Shown one piece after another: positions 48,794-62,084 of a DNA stretch of 64,000 nt. Under the pieces are notes generated by a model that worked only from the letters and a program-made list of their open reading frames with translations, had not been told where the DNA came from and did no database searches. The stretch comes from the human T2T-CHM13v2.0 reference genome, Homo sapiens. Both the position numbers and the translations under genes were made by a program. Location: NCBI RefSeq assembly GCF_009914755.1, contig NC_060933.1; one strand, written 5' to 3'. The first letter of the stretch is position 1, and each line of letters begins with the position of its first letter.

Positions 48794-50983
48794 TCACAAG
48801 GCTGGATTCGACAGGCAAATGGGGCAATGTATGTGAGAAATTTTAAAGAGTAGGAAGGGTAGGGGGAATTTTCAGAATTAAGAGCAAAACTTTGGATAAA
48901 TCAGAAGTAAAATCTACCAGTAAATAAACCAACCAATAAAATATACTCTATTTTCTTGTCATCACTGCTTCTAAAGATCTTAACACCAATCTTAATACGG
49001 AAGAAATTTTAATTCTTAAATGATGGCATAGGGAGAGTCATTCTCCTTATCTTTATGCTAACTGTTCATCAAATGATTGAAATTCATAATATCAAAACAA
49101 AGTAAGAGCACTGCATTAAAAAGTATTCTCATTTAACTTATATCAATGTCACATAACCAGAGTAACTGTTGCTTACATGGTTCTCACTCCCCTTTTTATA
49201 AAGTGAGCAGGTGGCACATTTTATCAGCCCTATATTACAGATGGAGAAAACTGACTCAGATGTGGGATAGCGTGCCTGGAGTTGTAGACCAATTCAGTGT
49301 CAAACTTGGAACAGACACTAATTGCTTAATTCTTCTGTGTTCATTAAGCTACTAAAAACATTATTTTTTCATGATGTTTTTTGGTGATTTTGTTTGTCCC
49401 AGGAAACAGAAAATTCTTTGTCAGCAGTCATTTCATAAACATTTCAAAATGGGCAAAGATACTCAAGGAAACAAGCTACTCATCAACTAGAATACTGCAC
49501 ACTAAGGGACAAAATTAAAACTGCCTAGCCTGCTAAAAATCTAATCCTGTCCTTGCCAATTAACCTTATTAACACTAGAGTAGGAGAAAAGAGAGGTCAA
49601 AATATAGGTGAAGGTGCCATTCATTTCCTTCTGGATTTCAAATGATATGACAATTACTGCACAACAGAGATTTTTACCTCTGCTGTTCCTTAAGTAACAC
49701 GACCCCTATTCTCCAAATAAAAACTTACCAACAAGTTGAGCAGTCTCAAATTAGAATACTAGCAATCATGACAATTTTCAAAATACTGGCTATCATTAGA
49801 TGTCACCCAACTGAAATTCATGCTATAAACATATGTAGAGAAACTCTTTACGGAAAAAAGTTCATTTTAATGTAAATTTCCCTGTTAATCTAAACAGATT
49901 AACGTTATTACAACATGTATCTGGCTTTCTACTCCGACTCATTAGGTATTATAGTTTCATATGTTGGCACAAGATCTCCAAAGATTTATTAGAGGCATAA
50001 AAAAATTCCAAATGAATCATCTATAGATCAAGCATCATATATCACAAAAAGTATTAAACAGGAACACATTTCATAAACAGCGAAATTTAAAGGTCACCCT
50101 CTGTATTCCGTTATTCATCCTTTTGCTTACCAAATCTACTTCACACTGACTTAAAGCATCATTTACAAAAAATTCTCTTCTGGCATTGGCAGAAATCTCA
50201 CCAAAGATCAAAGATCTGAACTTTTTTTTTTTTTAAACAAAAACCCCAGGTTAAATACACTCTTTCCTTCACGAGAGCCCCCACACAGTACAATCTAATT
50301 TGACATAACTTTGTTTCGGGGTTAAAAAAAATCCCAAACAAAACCTTTAAATTTTCCAATTCAAAAACGATTCCTGATAAGCCTACCTTAGAGTTCGAAA
50401 ACAAATAAGATTAAAGCCCAACCATCTAAAGAAAAAGAACCCTACGACAGCCCCACCGGAATACACAAATCGCCAAGCCCCGTGCAGATTCAATCTAAAA
50501 TCGCGCCCGACAGAGATATAAGGACATTCAGGAGAAAGCTTTTAGGCACCCGCGAATCTCTCAGTGCGCCAGTGAGGGGAATGGGAACCTGACCCCATCT
50601 TTTCATCCACTGAGAGAAAAGCAAAGGAAATGAAATGGAACCCTTCTCTTCACCGAGGAGGACCAAAGACCTTCTTAGAGTGTCGGTCGGTCCTCCCTCC
50701 CCCACCCCCTGACTCCGGCCGCTCCACGGACCGCAGGGACTGTCCTACCGCTCCCCTTCACGCAACCATCAGAGAATCCTCTCAAAAACACAGACCCGAT
50801 GAGGAGTGGCTTCCCCGCCTTTCCCCTGTGCCGAGAAGGGATCCCGGTCGCCAACAACAAAGACGCTTCCCGCTCCCCTCCCCCCGCCGGCCCGGGCTCG
50901 TCCCTCCCGCGCTGCGGCTCCCGGCCTAGCGCCCCCTCCCCGAGCCGGGCTGCGGCGTCCCCAAACCCCGAGGCCGCACGCAC

Positions 50984-51550
50984 CTGCACCTGAGCGGCCC
51001 GGGCCGAAGCGCCGGGCAGAAGGGGTCGAGAGAGAACCGCAGCCGACGCGCTGTCCTCCACAAGGCGAGATCCGCGCTCCGGGCGCCGTCCGACTCTCTC
51101 CGCCTGCAGACTGGCCCGACAGAGGAGCGGGGACCAGGGCTACAGCCCCCGGCGCCGGGGCGAAGAAGGACGGCGGCGCCCCAGGGGCCCCGCTCACGCT
51201 CCCGAGTCTCGCCTCGCGCCGGCCCTGCTCCTCCACAAGAGCTCGCGTTCTGCTGACTAACGGCCCCGGTGCGGGGCGCTGGAGCGGCCGCCGCTGCCCG
51301 TCGGTTGCTCTCGGGCCTCACGTCCCGCGCGGCCGTGGTCGCAGCCGCCGCCGCCACCGCCTCCCTTTCTGGCACTGCAGACGCCACCCAGACCTAGCCA
51401 GGTCTTCCTTCTCTTTAATCCTGCTTTCTTTGCTCCTCCTCAGCCTGCCAAGCGCGAGGCTCGTTCCGGTAGCGGGAGGAAGACTGGAGGGGAACGGAGG
51501 GGACGAGCACAATCCCCACTGAGCCAGGAGTTGGCCACTGACTGGAGGAA
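50984..51550 (-). other. ABHD17B: ABHD17B non-coding exon 1 (5' UTR); 5' end approximate
   Basis: Donor CAG|gtgcgt at 50984/50983 inside the CpG island. Exon 2 has only 3 nt before the ATG, so an upstream exon is required. No ATG on the minus strand in 50984-51630. Confidence 0.75.
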
Positions 51551-51579
51551 GGTGCCAAAGCTGACCCCGGCTCCAGCCT

Positions 51580-52000
51580 ACTAGCGGGCGGGGGGAGAGA
51601 CGGAGCCCAGCCTTGCCTCACTTCCACCAATCAGAGGCCGCCCGGCAGGGTGGGAGGCGCTCTGAGCTCAAGGAGAGGCTGAGCTCGCTCAGCAGGAGGC
51701 GGGGATTGCGGAAAAGAAGAACCAATAGGAACAAAGGTTCCCCGCCCCTTTGATTTGATGGACTACACATTCGGGCCAATGGGGGAATTCTCATTTCGAA
51801 GAAAGTGGGACTTGTTCTCCGGGTTTGAGAAAGAGGCTGCGCGGAGCCGGAGGGGTCGAGGCTGCGCCGCGTGGAGTGGCTTGGCTTAACAGCAGGGAGG
51901 GCAGAGCGATGCTCTTTGACCTCCCAGAAGAGTCACGTGGGCTGACCCAGAGCCGGGGCGGAAAGGCTGCGTTAGTTTCTTCCGGGTCATTGACAGAAGC
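51580..52000. promoter_or_regulatory. TATA-less bidirectional promoter of ABHD17B / C9orf85
   Basis: CCAAT boxes at 51627, 51722 and 51776; GC boxes near 51586 and 51742; E-box GTCACGTG 51932-51939; ETS-like CTTCCGGG 51979-51986; lies between divergent first exons. Confidence 0.8.
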
Positions 52001-52084
52001 GTCAATTCCTGGGAGTAGTTCGTTGGTTTTCTTTCCCCTCATCCTTTTGCCTGCTCCCGGCGAGGGGTGGCTTTGATTTCGGCG

Positions 52085-52186
52085 ATGAGCTCCCAGAAAG
52101 GCAACGTGGCTCGTTCCAGACCTCAGAAGCACCAGAATACGTTTAGCTTCAAAAATGACAAGTTCGATAAAAGTGTGCAGACCAAG
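52085..52186 (+). CDS. C9orf85: C9orf85 first coding exon (34 codons); rest of gene outside the window
   Basis: ggcgATG AGC TCC CAG AAA... = MSSQKGNVARSRPQKHQNTFSFKNDKFDKSVQTK followed by donor AAG|gtagga. Recognised C9orf85 N-terminus; absent from the ORF track because it is short. Confidence 0.93.
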
Positions 52187-52810
52187 GTAGGAACCTGCCT
52201 GTTGCACCGTCTTTGACTCCAGGAAGGAATGGCTCACTGGAGAGGGGAGAGAGGAAATGAGAGGAGTCGGCTGGGGCGAGTGTGGACCGCAGCCCAGAGT
52301 TAGTCTTGGCTGCAGTGCAACTCTTTCTAAAATGTTATTCTCACGCCCTTTCTTTGACCTGGACATGTTGTCTCCTGGTAAATATTTGATGGTCAGCACA
52401 CTTAACTAATTGCAGAGTGAACAGGACCCTAATGAAATCTAAGGTGCAGATGGGGCAGTTACGTCGTTCAGCGTTCCCATCTGGATCACATTAGCAGAGG
52501 GAAACGAGGATTGTGGCATGAGTGGCTCTTTCAAATTTTACACCAAGTTTATGCAGCTACGATTTTTTTTTCCAAAAACCCCAAGCCCATAGAGGAAATG
52601 TGAATGATTAAGCTGTCTTAGGCTGTCCTCACTAGTATTGTGTGAAATTTCTGTTTTGTAACAATTGTTTTGAAGATAAAAATATTTGGTTAATGTAAAA
52701 ATACTTGTTTTGCTGTTTATCTTTAGCAGGACTTCTGTAAAGTCCTGCTAAAAAATTCAGACTGTCTAGATAGCCAGAGGACTTGGGTTGTATATAAGTA
52801 CTAATTTGCA

Positions 52811-53308
<498 letters not shown>

Positions 53309-53389
53309 TCATTGACAACAGGGGCATATTAGGGGCCAGCATCACTCAGATAAACCTAATATTCACAAAAGTTATGGAGCTCAAATTTA

Positions 53390-53830
53390 CTAGGTGTGCG
53401 GCTTGAGTGAGTTGTATAATATTTAATTTCTCTGAGCCTTACTTTGGTCTCAAATGCAAATTTGTCAGGATTGTTGGGAGGCGAAACTATATGATTATGC
53501 ATAAATGGCCTAGGTCATAGTAAGTGTTCAATAAGTGATTAATTTCCCGACATTGATTGGGAAAGCAAAGTCATCTGTTTTTGGTAACCTGTGATCTCCT
53601 TTTCCTTTCCTCTTTCTTTCTTTGCTTATTCTACAAATATTTAATAAGCACCTTCCGTGTGCAAGGCCCTGTGTTCATAGGTATACCGTGTTCAAAAGAG
53701 CTGACTCTCCCTTCACGGAGTTTATAGTTTCTAGGTGATATGGGCAAAAAGAAAGCAGAAAGATAAGTAAATACAAATTATGATAAATATTGGTGAAGGG
53801 CAACACAGCTCAGTAAGGGAGAATAAGGAA
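53390..53830. mobile_element. MIR (+) and L2 (-) relics
   Basis: aatttctctgagcctt...tagtaagtgttcaataa; acaaatatttaataagcacc...gtgcaaggccctgtg. Confidence 0.55.
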
Positions 53831-54582
53831 GAATATTTTAAATTAAGTGCTCTCCTTTCCCCCACTTAGGTTGAGAGGTTTTTCAGAATGAAAACCTGAA
53901 GCAACATTTGGGAAGACTTTCCCAAGTTTGCTCCCATTATCAATAGGTAAACCAGAATAAAAATAAAAAGCTGCACTATTCCAAATAGATGTCTGCGTCT
54001 TGTGTATTCTTACCCTAAGGTTGTGCACAAACATTTGCTTTTGATTGTTTTTCATGTCTGTTTTCGTAAAAAGCAGTTTTAATGAGTATTTAACTATAGT
54101 GTAGCTTCTCCTACTTGTACTTTTCATTGTGCATTTTCTTGGTGTTATCTAATAACTATGTCATTCTGGTCCTAAATGTTTTCCTGGGTCTCAGGTTCAG
54201 TCACTAAGTTGCATTTGACCATTTTTATCTTTTTATCTTTAATTCTTTCCCTCTTTTAAGTTATGAAAAAGTCTCATTTGTTAATCAGGAGGACCACCAG
54301 GCCACTTCATTATTGAAGGTTCTGACAAAAACAACACAAAATATTTTACTGAGGAAAAATCATTCGGTTGATTGTTCATCTGTGTAATGAATAGCTAATA
54401 ATTGTCTGTGATCATAACAGATTCTTGCATCTGCTATGAGTAGCCATCTAAAGCCAAGACTTTGTCAGAAGCATCTGATCCTAACTTTGTGCCTGTTCTT
54501 TACACTGGAAAGCTATTTGATCTGGTGACATCTAACAAAGGAGTGATAAAAAATGCACGGTTCTCTGTAACTCCCCATAAAG

Positions 54583-54786
54583 CAAGCTTGTCCAACACAT
54601 GGTGCAGGGCGTCTTTGAATGCAACCCAACACAAATTCGTAAATTTTCTTAAAACATTATGAGATTTTTTTGTAATTTTTTTTTTTTTAAGCTCATCAGT
54701 TGTCATTAGTGTTAGTGTATTTTATGTGTGGCCCAAGACAATTCTTCCAGTATGGCCCAGAGAAGCCAAAAGATTGGACACCCCTG
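54583..54786 (-). mobile_element. MER30 hAT-Charlie MITE
   Basis: caagcttgtccaac...caacacaaattcgtaaattttcttaaaacattatgaga...gtggcccaagacaattcttc...gaagccaaaagattggacacccctg. Confidence 0.9.
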
Positions 54787-55074
54787 CCTTAGAGGACTGT
54801 AGTAACAATTGACTACTTGTATTAAATACTTTATGATTTGGTAGGGGTCCTACATGATAGTTTTTCTTTTCCTCCTCTGCCAAGCAGTTTGTTAGGACTC
54901 ACTGCAATTAGAAGTTGGATAATTACAGATGTTTTATTGGAAGTTTATATAGGTAAAGCACTCATTCTCAAAAGGACACAGATGATAGCTTTCTTTATAT
55001 GCTTGAATATACTCTAGAAAAGGAGAGTATATTCAAATTTTGTGCCATTTCAAATGGCCAAACGTGGACCAGGG

Positions 55075-55275
55075 AATCAAAGTAACAAAAATAGGTTTCA
55101 GCTCAATATGAGGGAATTATCTGACAGTGAAGGGGCTTGCGCCGGGATTTGTAACCTCCTCTTCCCTGGGGTTATTTAAAAGAGGTCCCTCTGGCCATTG
55201 GTCACCGGTACCCTCAAATGACTTATGGGGATTCAGAGGGTCGGCAGTGGGAATAGGTTTAAATCTTTTCTAGTC
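55075..55275 (+). mobile_element. L3/CR1-like 3' relic
   Basis: aggtttcagctcaatatgagggaattatctgacagtga...cttccctggggttatttaaaagagg. Confidence 0.45.
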
Positions 55276-55519
55276 ATTTAGTACTGAGATGTTGAGCAGA
55301 TCAAGGCAGCCTTCTTTCCCTTACTGGAAAGGCAGTGATGTCCAACGAAAAGAGCATTGGACTAAGAGAAAAGAGCCATTCCTTAGCCCCAGTTCTGTCA
55401 TTTGTTTTGCTTGATGATGTCAGGCAATTTACCTATAGCTTTTAATCTATGATACTGGGTTAGTACTATCTCTTGTCTTACTTTCCTCTGAGGATTGCTA
55501 CAGAGATCATTACAAAAAT

Positions 55520-55824
55520 TATTATTATTATTATTTTTTTTTTTTTTGAGACAGAGTCTCGCTCTCTCGCCCAGGCTGGAGTGCAGTGGCGTGATATGGA
55601 TCACCACAACCTCCACCTCCTGGGTTCAAGTGATTCTCTTGTCTCAGCCTCCCAAGTAGCTGGGATTTCAGGGGCACGCAACCATGCCTGGCTAATTTTT
55701 GTATTTTTAGTAGAGATGGGGTTTCACTATGTTGGCCAGGTTGGTCACTCCTGACCTCAAGCGATCTGCCCACCTTGGCCTCCCAAGGTGCTGGGATTAC
55801 AGGTGTGAGCCACCGTACCCAGCT
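55520..55824 (-). mobile_element. AluS
   Basis: Full Alu with TSD tacaaaaat. Confidence 0.95.
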
Positions 55825-57010
55825 ACAAAAATATTTTTAAGAAATAGGGATAAAAATAAGAACTAAGAATAAAGCCCATAATAATTTATGTGGCCCTGCA
55901 GTTGATCAAAGCCTAAAAAAATTAATTAGAAAAGAAATGCATGCTTGTTGAAGAATACTGAAACAATAGAGAAGTATATAAGGTACTGTATAAAAGTGAA
56001 AGTCTCTGTTCCCAGTTTTAGTCCTGTTCAGATATAGTCACTGTTAACACTTTGATGTGTACATTTCTAGATATGTCTGTATGATACAGTGCATATGTAA
56101 TAAAATACATCTTTGCCCTTCTCATTCAGTAAAGTGGATGTGTCAGAACAGAAAGATTAAGCTTATTTTTTAAATGGCTGTGTAATATTATACAGCACAA
56201 ATGTGGATTAGCTTATTTAACTACTTTCCTATTAATAAACATTGAGTTGTTTTCAGTTTTGCACTATGCCAAAAAGGCCGCAGTGAAATTCTGGTATTCC
56301 TGTCTGTATTCCACATGTGTTATCTGGTACCAAACATTGTGCTAGATATTGGAAGTATAGGGTTGAGCAAAATATACAGTCACAGTCTTAATTGAAGCTT
56401 GTGATTTGGTGGGAGAAGTGACAGGCATTAATCAAATAATCTTTCAAGTATGTTAATACTACAGCAGTAAGAGCTATGAAAGAACGGTCTAGGGAGCCCT
56501 GAGAGTATCTATAATAGCATGAAGTCTTGATTATGTTTGGAGGGTTAAGGAAAGCTCCCCAAAAATCAGAAGGATGAGTAACATTAAACTAAATGGAGGA
56601 GCATCTGTCATCCTTTTGAGGATGCTATTAATAATATATATATAGTCAGTATTGTTTTTAATAGCATTTCCCAAAATATATTTCTTAGAGCCCCAAGGTC
56701 ATGTATCTTCTTCATAGGGCAGGAGAAAATTTCATGATCAAATCACTTTGGAAATACTGTATACTAGATCTCACTTTTAGAGGTGGGTCGTAGTATACAT
56801 TGGAATAAATCAATGTTTTGCAGTTAAAAAATTATTCAACCAAAACTTGCTTGGCTATGGAACGCTTTGATTTACATAATACCTATTGAACTAATTTGTT
56901 GTGGAGCTCACTAATTTTAGGAAACTATAGTCTTCATCTTGAGATGGAGATGGAAAATGGAAGTCTATGGGTGTACTCTAAATAATTTTGGAAATATAGT
57001 TTTATTAATA

Positions 57011-57210
57011 CAAGTTGAGTATTATTTATCTGAAATGCTTAGGACCAGAGTGTTCTGGATTTCAGATTTTTTCAGATTTTGGAATATTTACATTATATCA
57101 GTTTAGACTCTTTAATCCAAAATGTTCCAACAGGTATTTACTTTGAACATGATATAGGTGCTCAAAAAGTTTTAGATTTCAGATTTTTTGGATTAGGGAT
57201 ACTCAACCTG
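57011..57210. mobile_element. Tigger4/MER46-type TcMar MITE
   Basis: TIRs caagttgagtat...atactcaacctg; internal tgaaatgcttaggaccaga...ttcagattttggaatatt. Confidence 0.8.
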
Positions 57211-57211
57211 T

Positions 57212-57400
57212 TATAGCTAATATTTGTGTACTTAAGTGTATTAGGCACTATGTTTAGGCACTATGTATACTTGCTATACATTATCTATAATAATTTCATC
57301 TTCAAAGTAACCCTAAGATAGATGCAAAATGATCCCATTTTACATATTGGGAAATTAGGGCTTAGAGGTGAATGACATGCCCAGAGTTACATAATTAGCA
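57212..57400 (-). mobile_element. MIR
   Basis: atagctaatattt...aggcactatg...cccattttacatattgggaaattagggcttagagg. Confidence 0.7.
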
Positions 57401-57854
57401 CATGCCTCTTCATTGGTTGGATGGGATCTGTGGGAGGACAATTCAAAGGGCAAGTAAATCAAAAGCCCTCCATGTGTATGTGTGATTTTAAAAAATATAT
57501 GTACTGTATTTTTGGGTGTAATGGAAGCAGTGTGACACCAGATTAGGGTCAGAACAGAAATGAGTGTGGTTTATTGCCACCAATACTAAACATTGCTTGT
57601 TTGAAATGTTCTAGGGAGAGTCTTTCCTCATGAGGTGTGGCCCCTGGAGTATCACATGCCATACATGTGGGCTGGTTGGGGTGGATCTCATCTCATCAGC
57701 CTGGGCTCTGTAGCAGAGGCTCCTTTTGCTGAGTTAATGTGAAAGTAGATACTAATTTAGTCCATTTTCTTGGCTCCTGATTTAGGCAGAAAGCTGTCAA
57801 GTTTAAGATTAGTTATGATTGCATTTATACAGCAGAACAGGATTCTGTGTTTAC

Positions 57855-58215
57855 ACACACCTTTATTCACAGTTGTCAAAAATGGGGAAAACCTCCAAAT
57901 ATCTATCAACGGGAGAATATATATAAGCTGATTGTGGCAGAGGCATGCAATGGAATACTACTCTGCTATTTTAAAAAAAAGAAACACTGATACAAGCAAA
58001 GCAGATGAATCTTGGAAACACTAATGTGGAGGGAAACAAACCAGATACAAAAGAGCATACTATGTGATTCCATCTATAGAGACCAGAAAGGCACAAGAAA
58101 ACTTTCTGGAGTGGCAGGAGCAGTGAAGATTATAAGAGCAAATATATTAAAACTCATTAAATTGTACGTTTAAGGCCTATGCATGACATTGATATAAATT
58201 TTACCTCAGTCAAAA
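57855..58215 (+). mobile_element. Old L1 3' end fragment
   Basis: tttattcacagttgtcaaaaatggg...tgcaatggaatactactctgcta...tatgtgattccat...aaaactcattaaattgtac. Confidence 0.65.
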
Positions 58216-58248
58216 ATAGGCAAACAAACAAACAAAGAAAACCAAGAA

Positions 58249-58560
<312 letters not shown>

Positions 58561-58823
58561 CTAGATGTTTTAAAGTTCTGTTTTTGTTTGCTTGCCTTTT
58601 GTTTTGGGAAAGTTGAAGGAACACTAATTATATTAGTGTTCCTATTTTAAAAGACAACTATTTTATTCTTCAGAAATAAAAACAAGTTAACATTCTAACA
58701 GATATTGAATATCTCAGCTAACCACAAGTCACAATAATTCTAATTGTCTTTTCATCTTTACCTTTTTGTAAGTCTTTATCTGCAAACTCTAGTCATGATG
58801 TTTGAGTTTGTCTCCCTGTGGAG

Positions 58824-59349
58824 CAGGGGTCCCCAGCCCCCGACCCCCGCATCGGTCCATGGCCTGTCAGGAACTGGGCCACACAGCAGGAGTTGAACTG
58901 CAGGTGAGTGAGTTAAGCTTCATCTGTATTTACAGCCACTCCCCAACTCTCACATTACCACCTGAGTTCTGCCTCCTGTCAGATCAGCTCTGGCATTAGA
59001 TTCTCATAGGAGTGTGAACCCTATTGTGAACTGCACATGGGAGAGATTTAGGCCGTGTGCTCCTTATGAGAATCTAATGCCTGATGATCTGTCACTGTCT
59101 CCCATCACCCCCAGATGGGACCGTCTAGTTGCAGGAAAAAAGCTAGGGCTCCCAATGATTCTACATTATGGTTGTATAATTATTTCATTATATATTACAA
59201 TGTAATAATAATATAAATAAAGTGTACAATAAATGTAATGCACTTGAATCATCCCAAAGCCACCCTGATCCCCCACCCCCACCCTAGTCCATGAAAAAAT
59301 TGTCTTCCACAAACCCCGTTTCTGGTGCCAAAAAGGTTGGGGACTGCTG
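58824..59349 (+). mobile_element. MER1A hAT-Charlie DNA transposon, full length
   Basis: TIRs caggggtcccca...tggggactgctg; about 526 bp; 8-bp TSD ctgtggag / ctgttgag. Confidence 0.92.
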
Positions 59350-60191
59350 CTGTTGAGTAAAGATGATCATTACAAAGTAGATTTTGTATATAAGGTACTG
59401 AGCCTGGGTACTGATTTTTTTCTAGTTTCAGATAAAGTTGTAATCCTAATTTCGTGGGTTGTGATGCCTGACACTGTAAAATGAATGAATAAACTTTGCT
59501 GTGGGAAAAACCTTTACTGTACTATTTGTCCAGGTAGCTTGGTATCAGTTGTTAGGGTCTTTGTCCTGTCTCCCCATGCCCAGAGATGTTGAGCTTTAAG
59601 GAATAGACCCAGATTGGTTCATGTAATCCCTGGTGTGAGGAATTTTAGTGTGAGTGGTGAAGTGCCAGTCATGGGAATAAGTGTTATTTCTCAGCCAATG
59701 GGCATCAGCAATTAAGGGTAGCCACTGAGCAAAGCAGTTGGCCAGACATAGAATCTACCATAGATCTGAATTGACCATCTCTGACGTTCTACAGATGATT
59801 CTAGTGTTATAGAGGTCACCCTCTTTTATCTTTCTCCAAATTGAGAAATACTCTTTGATATGTTTCCCAGTGCTATTAAATGAGTTTATGTTAAATGTAT
59901 TCCCTCCTCCATTGATTTGTTTTAAATTTAACATATTTTTTCAAGTGACAAGATAATTTGTGGTGTGCTAGGCATTATGATATACATAATATTATACCTA
60001 ATAGTGCTAGTGAAGCTCTTTACTTTTCCTTTGTGCCCTTTTCAATGCTTTGAAGAATTGTAATCCGTACTATTGTTTACCTTTTATTTTCTCTTCTCTC
60101 TTTCACACAGCATAATTTCATCTATGCTTGGGGATGTTCCATATACTTAGATTCCCAGGTTGCTTCCACTTGAAGCTAATAAAGCATGTTT

Positions 60192-60496
<305 letters not shown>

Positions 60497-60631
60497 TAAA
60501 GCATGTTTCTTAATGTTGAGGCCTGATATAATATAATTTTTTTGTGTGCATTAATCATATATTTTAGGTACTTCATTTTATGTCTAATACATGACAGCTG
60601 AAATTAATTTGTCTTGATTTGCTCTACTATG

Positions 60632-60683
60632 GGGAATAGTACTATACTTACTGTTTTTAGGGAATAGTATTATACTTATTGTT
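60632..60683. repeat. 28-nt-period tandem duplication (2 copies)
   Basis: gggaatagta(c/t)tatactta(c/t)tgtt twice. Confidence 0.85.
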
Positions 60684-61190
60684 GGATTAATTATGACATT
60701 TTATAATTGTATCACCAGTATTTGTTTCTACATAAATTCACGCTTAGAAACAGACTATTCTGCAAATTCTTCATTCAGGTAAATTCATTAATCTAAAAGA
60801 AAGTTGTAATTAATATGAATTCACCCCCAAATGGGCCATTTTCCTTTTAGAGAAACACTATAGTAGGGAGGGGCATAGTTAGACACAAAACCTTGGGGTT
60901 GAGAGTTACAAGCTGTGGCATTTGTTATTTTAAGCCTCAGGACTCCACACCTGCAAAAATATTACTGTGAGGTCACAGGCAGGTATACAGTGAATCCTGC
61001 ATGTCCTCAGAACACCCCAGCTGCCAGCTCACTTCAACCTCAATGGCTGGTGCTGTTTTTCACATCTTCACTTTTGTGAAAGGAAGAAATGAAATAAGGA
61101 GGGGATAAAGGAATAGCTGACATGCCTAAGATTCTTTTCTTAGATTTTTCTTATCACTCCAGACCAAATAGCACTTAAATATATTGAATG

Positions 61191-62084
61191 TGTAAAACAA
61201 AAAAAAAATTCTAAGCCCCTCAACCAACTTAATGGACCCCCCCTTTCAGCCAAGGGGACTTCAAAGAAACTTAGAAAATTAATTCAGGCCATGATGGGAA
61301 GTGGGGAACAGGTCAAGACATGCCTCATCATACCCTTCTCCATTTGGAGTCTAGACACAACTGACCAGCAGTAACATTAAAATAGAGATCTTAAGACTAA
61401 CAAAATAGACTCTGTAGTAGTAAGATACCAACTTCCAACCTGACTCTAGTGTAGTATCACATGACAGATAGCAGGCCCTGAAGGAAATCAAAGTATTTTT
61501 CCGGAAAATATATTTCTTTTGACATATTTAAAATAGCCCTGCAAAGCTGTGTTTTGTGGGGGGAAATTTGCATTCTGTAGAGAATCTCCTTCCCCTTAGG
61601 AGAGTCTGACACCTTTTAAGGTCTTTTAAGAGACATTCACTGGCTATTCTCTCTGAAGCCTGCTACCTGGAGGCTTCATCTACATGACAAGAACCTTGAC
61701 TTCCACAACTCCTTTATCTAAAGGCAAGCATTTCTTTATGCTGTATTCAATTGTTCAGGCAGAGCTGAACTCTTTTAACCAATTGCCAGTCAGGAAATCT
61801 TTGAATCCACATATGATCTGGAAGGCTCCCCCACCTCCCTTCCCTACAAGATGTCCTGCCTTTCCAGGCTAAACCAATGTGTACCTTACATACAGTGATT
61901 TATGTGTTAGCCTGTAACTTCTGTCTTCCTAAAATGTACAAAACCAAACTGTATCCCAACCAGCCCATCTTGGGTACTTGTTCCCAGGACTTCCTGAGAC
62001 TGAGTCATGGGCCATGGTCCTTAACCTTTGCCAAATAAACCTCTAAATTGATTGAGACCTGTCTCAAATTCTTTTTGGTTTACA
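61191..62084 (+). mobile_element. MER4-family (ERV1) solo LTR, full length
   Basis: TG...CA termini (tgtaaaacaaaa...ttttggtttaca), 4-bp TSD aatg, AATAAA 62034-62039, MER4-like aattctaagcccctcaacca...ttcaggccatgatgggaag. Confidence 0.88.

Larger units (their letters stand above)
50690..52300. promoter_or_regulatory. CpG island spanning both first exons
   Basis: Abrupt switch to very GC- and CpG-rich sequence against an AT-rich, CpG-poor background. Confidence 0.92.

Noticed and set aside
50630-52399. Long overlapping ORFs (up to 238 aa) on both strands of the CpG island
   Set aside because: Stop-codon scarcity in GC-rich DNA; most start at non-ATG codons and are low-complexity Pro/Arg/Ala/Gly. 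The minus-strand 153- and 155-aa frames are out of frame with ABHD17B after splicing.
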